A stretch of 64,000 bases of DNA from Gammaproteobacteria bacterium (lineage in GTDB: Bacteria; Pseudomonadota; Gammaproteobacteria; Eutrophobiales; Eutrophobiaceae), in assembly GCA_965221695.1 (NCBI GenBank), contig OZ244905.1, positions 2,496,001 through 2,560,000 of the forward strand, written 5' to 3'. The position numbers were made by a program, and so were the translations under genes. A model generated the notes under the pieces. That model saw only the letters and a list, made by a program, of their open reading frames with translations. It searched no databases and was not told the origin of the DNA. Below, in pieces: positions 1 through 9,546 of this stretch; position 1 is the stretch's first letter; each line of letters starts with the position of its first letter.

Positions 1-2
1 AT

Positions 3-461
3 ACCACCAGGTTGCTGGGTTCCTTGTTTCCGGTGCTTATGTTTGCCGTCAGCCTCAATACCTTCCTCACCTATGAGCAGGCGCCGATGGCGGCCAGCGC
101 GTGGTTTGCCGAACATGTTGTTAATCCCCAGGGATTTCTGCTGGGCGTCAACCTGTTCCTGCTGCTGGTCGGCGCGATCATGGACATTGGTTCTGCGATA
201 CTGGTGCTGGCGCCTACACTAAAGCCCATCGCCCAGGGTCTGGGGATGGACCCTGTGCATTTCGGCATCGTGATGATTGTCAACCTGGAGATCGGTTATC
301 TGACCCCGCCGTTCGGGCTTAACCTGATCATCGCGATGGGCGCGTTCAAGGTCACCTTCCTGGAAGCCTGCAAGAGTGTCGCACCGTTCCTGTTGCTGAT
401 GCTGGTTGGCTTGCTGCTGGTCAGTTTTTTGCCTGCATTATCGCTCATGTTGCTGGCTTGA
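3..461 (+). CDS. TRAP transporter large permease (DctM family), 5' truncated by window edge
   Basis: Hydrophobic ORF with DctM C-terminal motifs 'GMDPVHFGIVMIVNLEIGYLTPPFGLNL'; frame is open to the window start. Confidence 0.85.
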   Translation, partial: TTRLLGSLFPVLMFAVSLNTFLTYEQAPMAASAWFAEHVVNPQGFLLGVNLFLLLVGAIMDIGSAILVLAPTLKPIAQGLGMDPVHFGIVMIVNLEIGYLTPPFGLNLIIAMGAFKVTFLEACKSVAPFLLLMLVGLLLVSFLPALSLMLLA

Positions 462-528
462 GGCGCGGGGTGGTTTGCATGCGACACAATCGCTTTTGTT
501 GCTGGCTTGGGGCACAGGAACTGGCGGG

Positions 529-1407
529 ATGAGTATGCTTCACAGAATTGAAATGGTCACGCTGGGTTGCGCTGATCCGGCTATGGTTGAAGCGGCCTAT
601 TGCGGCTATTTGCATTACCGTCGGGTCGGTGCAGGGCAGATATCCACGGCGCTGGCGCGGTTATGGGGGTTGGAAACAGCGGCCGGGACGAACTACACGC
701 TGCTGGCGCCGCAACGCGATACGACGCATTTCATCAGACTGCTCCAGGTTGATGCAGAACCGCCGCCACCGCCTTTCAGCACAGCCGGATGGAACGCAGC
801 CGAAATTCTCGTTAACGATGTGGACAGTCTGGCGCAGAGCCTGGCCGATTCGCCGTTTGCCGTTGCCGGCCCGCCCGCCGACCTGTCATTCACCGACAAT
901 ATCCGCGCCTGCCAGGTGGTCGGCCCGGCGGGAGAGGCGCTCTACCTGACGCAGATCAAGGGAGATATTCCCGGTTTCAGCCTCGCGCCGACCGACCAGG
1001 TCGTGGCCTGGTGTTTTGTCATGATCCTGGCGGTAGCTTCCCTGCCCGCGGCCAAGGAATTTTATCGCACCCGGTTCGCGTTCGCCGATGCGCCGGACAT
1101 CGATGCGCGGGTGACCATGATGTCCGCCGCGCATGAGCTGCCGCGCGCGCATCTGCACCGGATCTCGGCGCTCACCCTGGGCGATCCCGGATACCTGCTG
1201 GAACTGGATGAATTGCCTGCCGCAAGCGGCCGTGGTGCGGCGCGGCAGGGGTTGCTGCCAACAGGCATCGCGATGGTGAGTTTCAGTTGTGCTTCCCCTC
1301 AGGAAAATGGCGACAACAACATATTGGCTGAACCGCCTTATAACGGCAGGCGAGTGGGCTTCTGCGCCGGCCCGGCGGGTGAAATGCTGGAACTAATCTA
1401 TTTATAG
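529..1407 (+). CDS. VOC/glyoxalase-like fold protein of unknown function
   Basis: Two VOC-like repeats ('GWNAAEILVNDVDSL', 'GPAGEALYLTQ', 'GPAGEMLELI'); ATG at 529 chosen after the dctM stop. Confidence 0.6.
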   Translation: MSMLHRIEMVTLGCADPAMVEAAYCGYLHYRRVGAGQISTALARLWGLETAAGTNYTLLAPQRDTTHFIRLLQVDAEPPPPPFSTAGWNAAEILVNDVDSLAQSLADSPFAVAGPPADLSFTDNIRACQVVGPAGEALYLTQIKGDIPGFSLAPTDQVVAWCFVMILAVASLPAAKEFYRTRFAFADAPDIDARVTMMSAAHELPRAHLHRISALTLGDPGYLLELDELPAASGRGAARQGLLPTGIAMVSFSCASPQENGDNNILAEPPYNGRRVGFCAGPAGEMLELIYL

Positions 1408-1974
1408 CCCTGTGCCGAACGCGCAATAGTCTTCCTTTTCCACCAGGTCGAAGACGAACAGGAATTTCGCCATACCGCTCAACACGGCCAGGGTCAATCC
1501 CAACTCCAGCAGTTCAGCGTCTGTGAAATGCTGTTTAAGGTCATTGTACAGGGGTTGTGACAACACGCCGTCGGAGTTGGTGAGCAGCATCTGGTCTGCC
1601 AGCCGCAGAGCAGCCTTTTCCGCGGCGCTGAACGGGGCGTTTTCATAATCGTCCAACCCGCCGATTTCAGCTTCTGTCAGGCCCGCATCAAGGGCGTCTG
1701 CGCGATTGCCCTGATTACAAAAATGGCAGCCGTGGACTGTGGACAGCCGCAGGCGCGCCAACTCTTTGATGCGCCGCGGGACAGAACCGCCGTGGAATAC
1801 TTTTTCGTAAAAACTTTCCGTATACCAGTCGTACAACGCCGGGTTGTTTCCGAATACTTCAAAAAAAGTGGCGTCGCCGCGCAATTGCATGGATTTGCGC
1901 CAGGCTGCGCGCAGGTCTGCAGACATCTTATCCGGCGCAACGCGCTTCAGAAAGGGGGCAGGTCGACTTGTCAT
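1402..1974 (-). CDS. Carboxymuconolactone decarboxylase/AhpD-family protein
   Basis: 'KELARLRLSTVHGCHFCNQG' CxxC motif and 'FTDAELLELGL'; start at MTSRPAP. Confidence 0.8.
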   Translation of the reverse strand: MTSRPAPFLKRVAPDKMSADLRAAWRKSMQLRGDATFFEVFGNNPALYDWYTESFYEKVFHGGSVPRRIKELARLRLSTVHGCHFCNQGNRADALDAGLTEAEIGGLDDYENAPFSAAEKAALRLADQMLLTNSDGVLSQPLYNDLKQHFTDAELLELGLTLAVLSGMAKFLFVFDLVEKEDYCAFGTGL

Positions 1975-1986
1975 AATATTATAATA
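1969..1986. promoter_or_regulatory. Putative operator TGTCATAATATTATAATA (palindrome consensus TGTCATAATATTATGACA)
   Basis: 15/18 match to the palindrome; sister sites at 2121-2138 (17/18) and 5548-5565 (13/18); a GntR gene lies in the same cluster. Confidence 0.5.
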
Positions 1987-2061
1987 ATATAACATACTGC
2001 CGATTGACTTATCGGACTACGATTAAGGTTGCCGATAACCGCACGGTTAACACTAGTACTA

Positions 2062-2124
2062 GGAACCCCTGAGGGAACCTCTGAGATTAAGTCAGAGGTT
2101 CCTGAGATTAAGTCCAGAGGTTTC
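2062..2124. mobile_element. Family A mini-element: 29-bp copy (2074-2102) nested in an older degenerate copy
   Basis: GGAACCCC-TGAG-[GGAACCTCTGAGATTAAGTCAGAGGTTCC]-TGAG-ATTAAGTCCAGAGGTTTC; TGAG is duplicated on both sides. Confidence 0.7.
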
Positions 2125-2138
2125 ATAATATTATGACA
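2121..2138. promoter_or_regulatory. Putative operator TTTCATAATATTATGACA overlapping the CoA-transferase start codon
   Basis: Near-perfect 18-bp palindrome that mirrors the site at 1969-1986. Confidence 0.5.
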
Positions 2139-3314
2139 GATCACGAATTACCGCTTTCCGGCATCAGGGTTATTGAGTTTTCCCATATGGTCATGGGACC
2201 ATGCGTGGGGCTGTTGCTTGCCGACCTGGGCGCTGATGTTGTCAAACTTGAACCGCTGGCAGGCGACAATACCCGGCGGCTGCGCGGCTCGGGCGCGGGC
2301 TATTTTTCGATGTATAACCGCAACAAGCGCAGTGTCTGTATTGACCTCAAGTCGGATCAAGGCCGGGACATCGCCAAACGCCTGATCAGCAAGGCCGATA
2401 TATTTATTGAAAATTTCAGACCCGGCGCGATGGAACAGGCGGGTTACGGCTACGATGAACTGGCAAAAGACAATCCCGGGTTGCTGTATTACTCCGCCAG
2501 GGGTTTTCTCTCCGGGCCTTACGAACAGCGTACCGCATTGGACGAGGTCGCCCAGATGATGGGCGGCTTGGCATATATGACCGGCCCGCCGGGGCAGCCG
2601 CTGCGCGCCGGCGCATCGGTGGTTGACGTGGCCGGCGGCATGTTCGGTGTGATCGGTATTCTGGCCGCTTTGGAGCTGCGCCGGCGCACGGGCCGCGGGC
2701 AGCGGATTGACAGCGCGTTGTTTGAAAGCACCGCCTTCCTGGTCGGCCAGCATATGGCGCAGTATGCGGTAACCGGCGAACCGGCTCCGCCCATGCCGGT
2801 GCGGGTATCAGCCTGGGCAATCTATGACATCTTCGAATGCCAGGACGGCAAACAGGTGTTTGTCGCCGTGGTCAGCGATACCCAGTGGAAAAAGTTCTGT
2901 GATCATTTCTCCCTGGATGATTTCTCCCGGGACCCTTCTCTTGCCGCCAATACCGGCAGGGTGGGCCGGCGGGACGTGATTATCCCGCGCGTGCGTTCGC
3001 TGTTCCAGGCGCTGCGCGCCGAAGAGTTGATGGAGCGGCTGGACCGATGCGGTCTGCCCTATGCTCCGATCAGCAGGCCGGAAGACCTGTTTGACGATCC
3101 GCACCTGCTGGCCTCCGGCGGCCTGCTGGACGTCACCACACCGGAAGGCCAACAGACCAGGCTGCCGGCGTTGCCGGTGCGCATGGATGGCAAGCGCCCG
3201 GGTCTGCGGCGAGACGTGCCGACACAGGGCGAACATACCCGTGAGGTGATGCAAGAACTGGGCTTGTCTCAGGCGGATATCGATGGACTGATTGCAGCGC
3301 GGACGCTGGCCTAG
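2133..3314 (+). CDS. CaiB/BaiF family III CoA-transferase
   Basis: 'LSGIRVIEFS...GP...LADLGADVVKLEP', 'NRNKRSVCIDLKS', 'ENFRPG', 'GEHTREV'. Confidence 0.92.
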   Translation: MTDHELPLSGIRVIEFSHMVMGPCVGLLLADLGADVVKLEPLAGDNTRRLRGSGAGYFSMYNRNKRSVCIDLKSDQGRDIAKRLISKADIFIENFRPGAMEQAGYGYDELAKDNPGLLYYSARGFLSGPYEQRTALDEVAQMMGGLAYMTGPPGQPLRAGASVVDVAGGMFGVIGILAALELRRRTGRGQRIDSALFESTAFLVGQHMAQYAVTGEPAPPMPVRVSAWAIYDIFECQDGKQVFVAVVSDTQWKKFCDHFSLDDFSRDPSLAANTGRVGRRDVIIPRVRSLFQALRAEELMERLDRCGLPYAPISRPEDLFDDPHLLASGGLLDVTTPEGQQTRLPALPVRMDGKRPGLRRDVPTQGEHTREVMQELGLSQADIDGLIAARTLA

Positions 3315-3341
3315 AATATCTTACCAATTGAGATTTTCGGG

Positions 3342-3971
3342 CTAAGCCAGGTAGGCCCAGTTGCGTGTGTGCCGGTCCCGGGATTGGAATTCGCTGATCT
3401 TATCCTGATGCTGCAACGTCATGTCTATCGAGTCCATTCCCCGCAGCAGCATTTCCCTGTAGACAGGCTCGATATCGAAGCGGTAGTGTGACCCGGCAGG
3501 GTCCGCCACCGTAGTGGTTCGCAAGTCAATGGTCAGGCGCGCGGATGATGAGGCGGTCCCGGTGGCGCTGATCAGCGCCCGGATTGCCGATTCCGGTAGT
3601 GTTACCGGCAGCAGACCGTTGCGCACCGCGTTATGGTAGAAGATCGATCCGAACTCCGGCGCGATAACGGCCCTGAAGCCGTATTCCAGCAGCGCCCAGA
3701 CTGCGTGCTCGCGGGATGAGCCGCAACCGAAATTTCTGCCTGCGAGCAAGATGCTGGCGCCGGCATATTGCGGCTTGTTTAGTACGAAATCCGGGTTGAT
3801 GACGCGCGCTTCCCGATCCGCTTCCAGGTAACGCCAGCCGGCAAACAGGCCTTCTGCCAGACCCTTTTTCGACACATGGCGCATTTCCCGGGAGGGAATA
3901 ATGCTATCGGTGTCGATATTGCTGCGCAGCAATGGCGCGCTAACGCCCTCGTGGACGACAAAAGCTTTCAT
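3342..3971 (-). CDS. leuD: 3-isopropylmalate dehydratase small subunit (LeuD-like)
   Basis: 'NIDTDSIIP', 'NFGCGSSREHAVWAL', 'IFYHNAVRNGLLPV'. Confidence 0.85.
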   Translation of the reverse strand: MKAFVVHEGVSAPLLRSNIDTDSIIPSREMRHVSKKGLAEGLFAGWRYLEADREARVINPDFVLNKPQYAGASILLAGRNFGCGSSREHAVWALLEYGFRAVIAPEFGSIFYHNAVRNGLLPVTLPESAIRALISATGTASSSARLTIDLRTTTVADPAGSHYRFDIEPVYREMLLRGMDSIDMTLQHQDKISEFQSRDRHTRNWAYLA

Positions 3972-5380
3972 CAGTTGTGTACTACTTCGCGTGCGTCCGC
4001 GATACAGCCTTTCAACGCCGAGGCCGCGACGGTTGCCGGGCTCGCCAGGTGCGAACGTACTCCCGGGCCCTGGCGTCCTTCAAAGTTGCGATTGGTGCTG
4101 GTTATGACACGCGCGCCGGCAGGGAAACCTTCCCCTCCGGCATAGAAACACAACGAACAGCCCGCCTCGCGCCACTCGAACCCGGCATCCAGAAAGACCT
4201 CGTGCAGACCTTCCTGCTCCGCCGCACGTTTCACCTGCGTGGACCCGGGAACACAGATGGCCTTGACCCCCGGCGCAATCCTGTTGCCCTTGAGCGCCGC
4301 CGCGGCGGCGCGCAGGTCGCTGAGCCGGCTATTGGTGCAGGAACCGATAAACGCCGCATCAACCGGAATCGAGGTGATCGCGTCGCCGGCCTTGAGTCCC
4401 ATGTAATCCAGCGCCCGCTCCATGCCGTTGCGCGTGGTCGCATCAGGTTCATCGTTCGGGTCAGGTATCATCCCGGAGATGCCGGTAACATGTTGCGGGC
4501 TGGTCCCCCAGGTAACGCTGGGTTCGACCTGTGCCAGGTCCAGGCGCAGTTCCCTGTGATACACGGCGCCTTCATCGGAGCGCAGTTTGTGCCAGTATTC
4601 CCGCGCCGCATTCCAATCATTGCCTGCCGGCGCATACGCGCGCCCGGCGACATAATCCAGGGTTGCATCATCGGGCGCAATAAGCCCGGTGAATGCGGAG
4701 AACTCGACGGCCATATTGCACAGTGTCATCCTGGCCTCCATGGGAAGATGTTGCACCCCCGGGCCGCAGAACTCAAGCGCGTAACCGCTACCACCGGACG
4801 CGCTGTATTGTCCTATCAACTGCAGGATTGTGTCCTTGGCGGTGACACCGGAAGGCAACTTGCCTTCCAAGCGCACCGCCATTTGTCTTGGTTTGACAAC
4901 TCTTAGCGTCTCGGTCGCCAGCGCGTGCTCGCAATCGCTGGAACCGACTCCCCAGGCAAGCGCGCCCAGCGCGCCCAGGGTACAGGTATGGCTGTCCGGG
5001 CAGACTACCGTCAGCCCTGGCAGGGCGATACCCTGTTCAGCGGAAATCACATGTGATATGCCTTGGCGCGGGTCGTTGATGTCGAACAGGGTAATACCGG
5101 CGCGCTGGGTTTGCAGGCGAGTGCTGGTGATGAACGCCTGGCCGCCGGGCATGGACGTCTCATCATTACGGCCGGGGAGCGTGTCGATGATGTGGTCCAT
5201 CGTACAAAACACCTGGCTCGGGTTTTTCACCCGGCGCCGCTTCTCTGCCATGGAGCTTAACGCAATGCTGCCGGTGCGCTCGTGCAGGAACACGCGATCG
5301 ATATGCAACAACGAGGACCCGTCCCCCAAGTCGGTTATCAGGTGGTCATTCCATATTTTTTCAAATAAAGTTGTTGCCAT
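3971..5380 (-). CDS. leuC: 3-isopropylmalate dehydratase large subunit (LeuC-like aconitase family)
   Basis: 'TLFEKIW', 'DSHTCTLGA', 'IGSCTNSR', 'GCSLC', 'STNRNFEGRQG', 'HLASP'. Confidence 0.85.
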   Translation of the reverse strand: MATTLFEKIWNDHLITDLGDGSSLLHIDRVFLHERTGSIALSSMAEKRRRVKNPSQVFCTMDHIIDTLPGRNDETSMPGGQAFITSTRLQTQRAGITLFDINDPRQGISHVISAEQGIALPGLTVVCPDSHTCTLGALGALAWGVGSSDCEHALATETLRVVKPRQMAVRLEGKLPSGVTAKDTILQLIGQYSASGGSGYALEFCGPGVQHLPMEARMTLCNMAVEFSAFTGLIAPDDATLDYVAGRAYAPAGNDWNAAREYWHKLRSDEGAVYHRELRLDLAQVEPSVTWGTSPQHVTGISGMIPDPNDEPDATTRNGMERALDYMGLKAGDAITSIPVDAAFIGSCTNSRLSDLRAAAAALKGNRIAPGVKAICVPGSTQVKRAAEQEGLHEVFLDAGFEWREAGCSLCFYAGGEGFPAGARVITSTNRNFEGRQGPGVRSHLASPATVAASALKGCIADAREVVHN

Positions 5381-5430
5381 CTACGCTATCCCAGGTTTGC
5401 CCGGATTAAGATAAGATGAGACAGGTCTCT

Positions 5431-5525
5431 CTCCCATTGTTGCGGGAGTGGTATGCAAACAAGCCCTGACCAGCGCCAACAGTTACATGCAATCGAGGTG
5501 TGCTGTTCCCTGATCATGAGGGTTT
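5431..5525 (+). repeat. Family B element, partial (half REP-like hairpin plus about 70-nt conserved tail)
   Basis: TTGCGGGAGTGGTA...GTTACATGCAATCG...CCTGATCATGAGGGTTT aligns with the reverse complement of about 34491-34585; 17/17 identity at 5509-5525 vs 34491-34507. Confidence 0.7.
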
Positions 5526-5597
5526 ATCGGCATTGTTTCCCAAATTATGTTATAAAAGTATATCATTAGAACTTTATCAGGGTACTATGAAAGTGTT

Positions 5598-7061
5598 ATG
5601 AGCATCGACCTCTTGATTAAGAACGTAAGAGTTGTCAGGCCGCACGGCAACACGGCGGAACTCGCGGATATCGCGATCAGCGAAGGCAAGTTTGCGCGCA
5701 TAGCCCCGGATATCGACCCAGACACAGCCGCGCAAGTAGTGGATGGCAGGCAGCGTTTGGCATTCCCTGGCGTTATCGACGCACACATGCACACGGGTAT
5801 TTATGCGCCGCTGGCAGAGGATGCGGTCAGCGAGAGCCGCGCCGCGGCCATGGGAGGGGTAACCACCAGTCTGAACTACCTGCGCACCGGCAAGTACTAC
5901 CTGAACAAAGGCGGACCGTATCGGGAGTTTTTTCCGGAGGCGCTGGCGCTGTCCGAAGGCAGGTTCCATGTCGATTATGCGTATCACCTGGCGCCGATGA
6001 TGGCGGCGCATATCGATGAGATCGATGAACTGATCGAGCGTTTCGGTGTGACCTCGTTCAAGATTTTCATGTTTTACGGTTCTCACGGCCTGCACGGTAA
6101 ATCCGACGATCAAAGCGATTTTCTGATGATCGGCAAGGATGAACGGTACGATTTCGCCCATTTTGAATTTGTCATGCGCGGTATCCGCAGGGCCATGGAT
6201 CGTTTTCCCGACAGGGCGGAACAGATCAGCTTGAGTATGCATTGTGAGACAGCCGAGATCATGCGCGCGTATACGCGCCTGGTCGAGGAGGAAGGCCTGC
6301 TCAGTGGCCTGCCGGCGTACCATGCCTCGCGCCCGCCCCACTCCGAAGGGTTGGCCATATTCATCGCCTCCTACCTGGCCCATGAAACCGATTGCGTGAA
6401 CATCAACCTGTTGCACCTGTCATCCCGCAAGGCGGTCGAGGCTGCGCTGTTGATGGCGGACGCGTTTCCTCATATCGATTTCCGGCGCGAGGTAACCATC
6501 GGCCACCTGATGCTGGATACGGAATCGCCAAACGGTATCCTGGCCAAGGTCAACCCGCCAATCCGCCCGCGCGCAGATGTGGAGTACCTGTGGGAAATGC
6601 TGCTGGACGGAAAAGTGGACTGGGTAGTCAGCGATCATGCCTGTTGCCGACATGAGATGAAAGTTAACGAGAGCGAACCGGATAACGTATTTTTGGCCAA
6701 ATCAGGCTTCGGCGGCACGGAGTACCTGCTGCCGGCGCTGGTCAGCGAGGGGACTCGCCGTGGCATGAGTCTGAATCGGATCGCCGAGTTGATCAGCTAC
6801 AACCCGGCGCGTCGTTATGGCTTGAACAGCAAGGGCGATATCGCCCCCGGCTGTGACGCCGATCTGGTACTGGTTGACCCCAATGATAGCTGGGTGATAC
6901 AGGCGGAGGAATCGCCATCCACGCAGGGTTACACGCCGTTTGCCGGCATGGAGTTATCGGCCCGGGTGAAACAGACCTGGTTGCGCGGCCGCCTGATCTA
7001 TGACGGCAACATCGTCGGCGAGCCCGCGGGGAAATTCCTTAAACGGCCGTATGAGGGATAA
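5598..7061 (+). CDS. Cyclic amidohydrolase (dihydroorotase/allantoinase-like)
   Basis: 'PGVIDAHMH', 'AAAMGGVTT', 'FKIFM', 'KVNPPIR', 'VVSDHA', 'KGDIAPGCDADLVLVD'. Confidence 0.85.
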   Translation: MSIDLLIKNVRVVRPHGNTAELADIAISEGKFARIAPDIDPDTAAQVVDGRQRLAFPGVIDAHMHTGIYAPLAEDAVSESRAAAMGGVTTSLNYLRTGKYYLNKGGPYREFFPEALALSEGRFHVDYAYHLAPMMAAHIDEIDELIERFGVTSFKIFMFYGSHGLHGKSDDQSDFLMIGKDERYDFAHFEFVMRGIRRAMDRFPDRAEQISLSMHCETAEIMRAYTRLVEEEGLLSGLPAYHASRPPHSEGLAIFIASYLAHETDCVNINLLHLSSRKAVEAALLMADAFPHIDFRREVTIGHLMLDTESPNGILAKVNPPIRPRADVEYLWEMLLDGKVDWVVSDHACCRHEMKVNESEPDNVFLAKSGFGGTEYLLPALVSEGTRRGMSLNRIAELISYNPARRYGLNSKGDIAPGCDADLVLVDPNDSWVIQAEESPSTQGYTPFAGMELSARVKQTWLRGRLIYDGNIVGEPAGKFLKRPYEG

Positions 7062-7088
7062 CTTCTTTGGGAATAATACTATGGATCG

Positions 7089-7856
7089 TTACTTGAGAGT
7101 CAGAGACATACGGTACTGGAACCGGTCGGGGTTGTATACCGCATTCAAATGATCCACCTGTTTTCCATCCTCGCCGAAGGAACGCCGTATCAGTTTCAGC
7201 AGCGGTTTGCCCGGTACGATGCCCAGGGCATCGGCCGCGGGCGAGAGCGCGGCTTCGGCGCTCAGGGTCTGTTCGGCGCGGGCAATCTTCACTCCGGAGT
7301 TTCGCAGCAGCTCCAGCCGCGGGGACTTTTCCAGCGCCTGTTTGCGGATGGATTGGTCAAACCCCAGCGTCCAACTGTCGTAATAGGCAAACGGCAGGTC
7401 GCGGTTGCTCCTGATTCGTACCATGTGGCACAGCAATTGTTCGTCGGAGACGCCGAATTCATCGGCAATATCGGCGGGCGGGCGGACAAAGCGCAGGCTC
7501 AAGACCTTGATTTTCGTTTCCCTGCCCATGTGCTCAAGGCTTTCCAGCGCGCCCGTCAATGGTGCGTTGAGCAATTCCGGATGATAGTGATAATTCACGA
7601 ACGTGCCGCGGCCGCGCTGGCGCGCAACCAGGTTTTCCGCCGCCAGGTCGTCCAGGGCGCGGCGAGCGGTAATGCGCGATACCTTGAAAGTGGCGGACAA
7701 CTCCTTCTCCGAGGGCATCCTGGTTCCGTCTTCCAGCACACCGCCGAGGATACAATCCCGCAAGATGGAGTAGAGTTGGTGGTACAACGGCGTGGGCGAC
7801 CCCGGGTCCAGGACTCCGTGGTGGTACTTGCTAAGCAATGTCAGCGTAGCGTCCAT
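7089..7856 (-). CDS. GntR-family (HutC/UTRA) transcriptional regulator
   Basis: 'PLYHQL...MPSEKELSATFKVSRITARRALDDL...RQRGRGTFV' plus UTRA-like C-terminus. Confidence 0.92.
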   Translation of the reverse strand: MDATLTLLSKYHHGVLDPGSPTPLYHQLYSILRDCILGGVLEDGTRMPSEKELSATFKVSRITARRALDDLAAENLVARQRGRGTFVNYHYHPELLNAPLTGALESLEHMGRETKIKVLSLRFVRPPADIADEFGVSDEQLLCHMVRIRSNRDLPFAYYDSWTLGFDQSIRKQALEKSPRLELLRNSGVKIARAEQTLSAEAALSPAADALGIVPGKPLLKLIRRSFGEDGKQVDHLNAVYNPDRFQYRMSLTLK

Positions 7857-7993
7857 AATACAGGTATTGGCTTGATTCGTTTTGCTGGCACTTTGTCAAA
7901 GTACATTGATGTAACAATAAAATCAATCGTTAGCCCGCACCAATTTCTTTTATAATCGGGTTTCTTCATTCATGCACAGGCGAGGGCAAAACC

Positions 7994-9172
7994 ATGCAGA
8001 CCAGTGAGCTGGAGCAGAACAGGCACGCCATTTTACCGGAACCGAATCACGACGAGCTGGCCAGACAGCAATTTGTGCGTTCTTTCAAGGAACATCTCGT
8101 TGCCCATGTCCATCCGGGGAACCGGCTCGCGTATGAGCGCCGGGTCAAACCGGCGTTTGTTCAGGAAAACGGGCGGGAACCGGATAACCGCTTCGAAATA
8201 CGCGATGTGATGACCCTTGATCCGCATTATCGTATGTTCAGTACGCTACTGCGCACCAGCCAGGAAATGATGTGGTCCGCATCACAACAGCCGGTGCAGA
8301 GAGAACTGCGTGCGCTGGCAGAGAAGGCAAAACCTGAGGAAGGCGCAGGCGGCAGTCTGAGACTTGACCCGGACCTGGCCATTCCGCGTTATCACAAGGC
8401 CGTGGATATCCATTGTCAGCCTGGCGGCTACCATACCGAAGTGACCGAAGACGATGTCGCGCCCGGCGCTGTTTATGATCGCGCGGTCTTTATCTATGCG
8501 ATGGGGCAGATGGGGCCGGACAACGCCGATATGGGCGCCAGCGCCGTTGCCTGGATCAAGCAGAACTATCCTGGATTCAACCCGGCGCGTATCCTGGATA
8601 TGGGCTGTGCGGTGGGCCACAGCACGGTTCCCTATGCCCAGGCGTGGCCCGAAGCGGAGACCCATGCCATTGATGTGGCCGCGCCGATGCTGCGATACGC
8701 CCATGCGCGTGCCGAATCCCTGGGCGCAAAAGTCCATTACTCCCAGCAGAACGCCGAACAGACGGATTTTGCGGACGCCTCCTTCGACCTGGTGGTTTCC
8801 CATATCCTGTTGCACGAGACCTCGGAGAAGGCGATTCGGCGCGTCGTTGCAGAATGCCATCGCCTGCTCAAGCCGGGAGGGCTGATGGTGCATGCCGAGA
8901 CGCCTCCCTACAAGGACCTGGAAGCGTTTGACGCTTTCATGCTGGACTGGGACACCTACAACAACAACGAACCGTTCTGGGGCCGCGCCCATGATATCGA
9001 TTACGTTGAACTGAGCCGGAAGGCCGGCTTCGACCCGGAGACCGTATTCGAAGTAATGGCGCCCAGCGCTTACCAGATCGCCCAGGCGCGGCGCTCCAAG
9101 GTATTCCAGGGCGGTGATTTCGGCGGTGGCGGTCTGTGGTTTCTGTACGGCGCCGAAAAGCGCGGGACCTGA
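7994..9172 (+). CDS. Class I SAM-dependent methyltransferase with long N-terminal extension
   Basis: 'ILDMGCAVGHS', 'SFDLVVSHILLHE', 'RLLKPGG'. Confidence 0.8.
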   Translation: MQTSELEQNRHAILPEPNHDELARQQFVRSFKEHLVAHVHPGNRLAYERRVKPAFVQENGREPDNRFEIRDVMTLDPHYRMFSTLLRTSQEMMWSASQQPVQRELRALAEKAKPEEGAGGSLRLDPDLAIPRYHKAVDIHCQPGGYHTEVTEDDVAPGAVYDRAVFIYAMGQMGPDNADMGASAVAWIKQNYPGFNPARILDMGCAVGHSTVPYAQAWPEAETHAIDVAAPMLRYAHARAESLGAKVHYSQQNAEQTDFADASFDLVVSHILLHETSEKAIRRVVAECHRLLKPGGLMVHAETPPYKDLEAFDAFMLDWDTYNNNEPFWGRAHDIDYVELSRKAGFDPETVFEVMAPSAYQIAQARRSKVFQGGDFGGGGLWFLYGAEKRGT

Positions 9173-9177
9173 AACCG

Positions 9178-9546
9178 ATGTCTGCTGAACCGAAGTTGAA
9201 ACGCAAGGCCAAGGGTGAGAGGCCGTATTTCTTTTCCGATCCTGCCATTGACAAATTACTGGCCATGCTGATGGGATTGGCGGGAGAAGTGTCCGTGCTG
9301 CGCGATCGGTTGGATACGGTAGAACGGCTGGCGCAGCAGAACAACTTATTCACCCGCGCGGAGATAGAAAACTATCAGCCGGATGAGGCGGCGCTGGAAG
9401 AACGCGCCGCGCGCCGGGCGGTGTTTCTGGGCGAAATCACCCGTATCATCCAGGCGGAGCTGGAGGGGTTGCAGGAGGAGGAAAGCGCCCCCTACAAGCA
9501 GGCCCTGGAACTGGTGACCGGGATGGAGGACGGACCGAAACAATGA
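9178..9546 (+). CDS. Small helical hypothetical protein (methyltransferase partner)
   Basis: Sits between coupled genes; its stop overlaps the next ATG (ATGA); 'RPYFF...EVSVLRDRLDTVERL'. Confidence 0.7.
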   Translation: MSAEPKLKRKAKGERPYFFSDPAIDKLLAMLMGLAGEVSVLRDRLDTVERLAQQNNLFTRAEIENYQPDEAALEERAARRAVFLGEITRIIQAELEGLQEEESAPYKQALELVTGMEDGPKQ

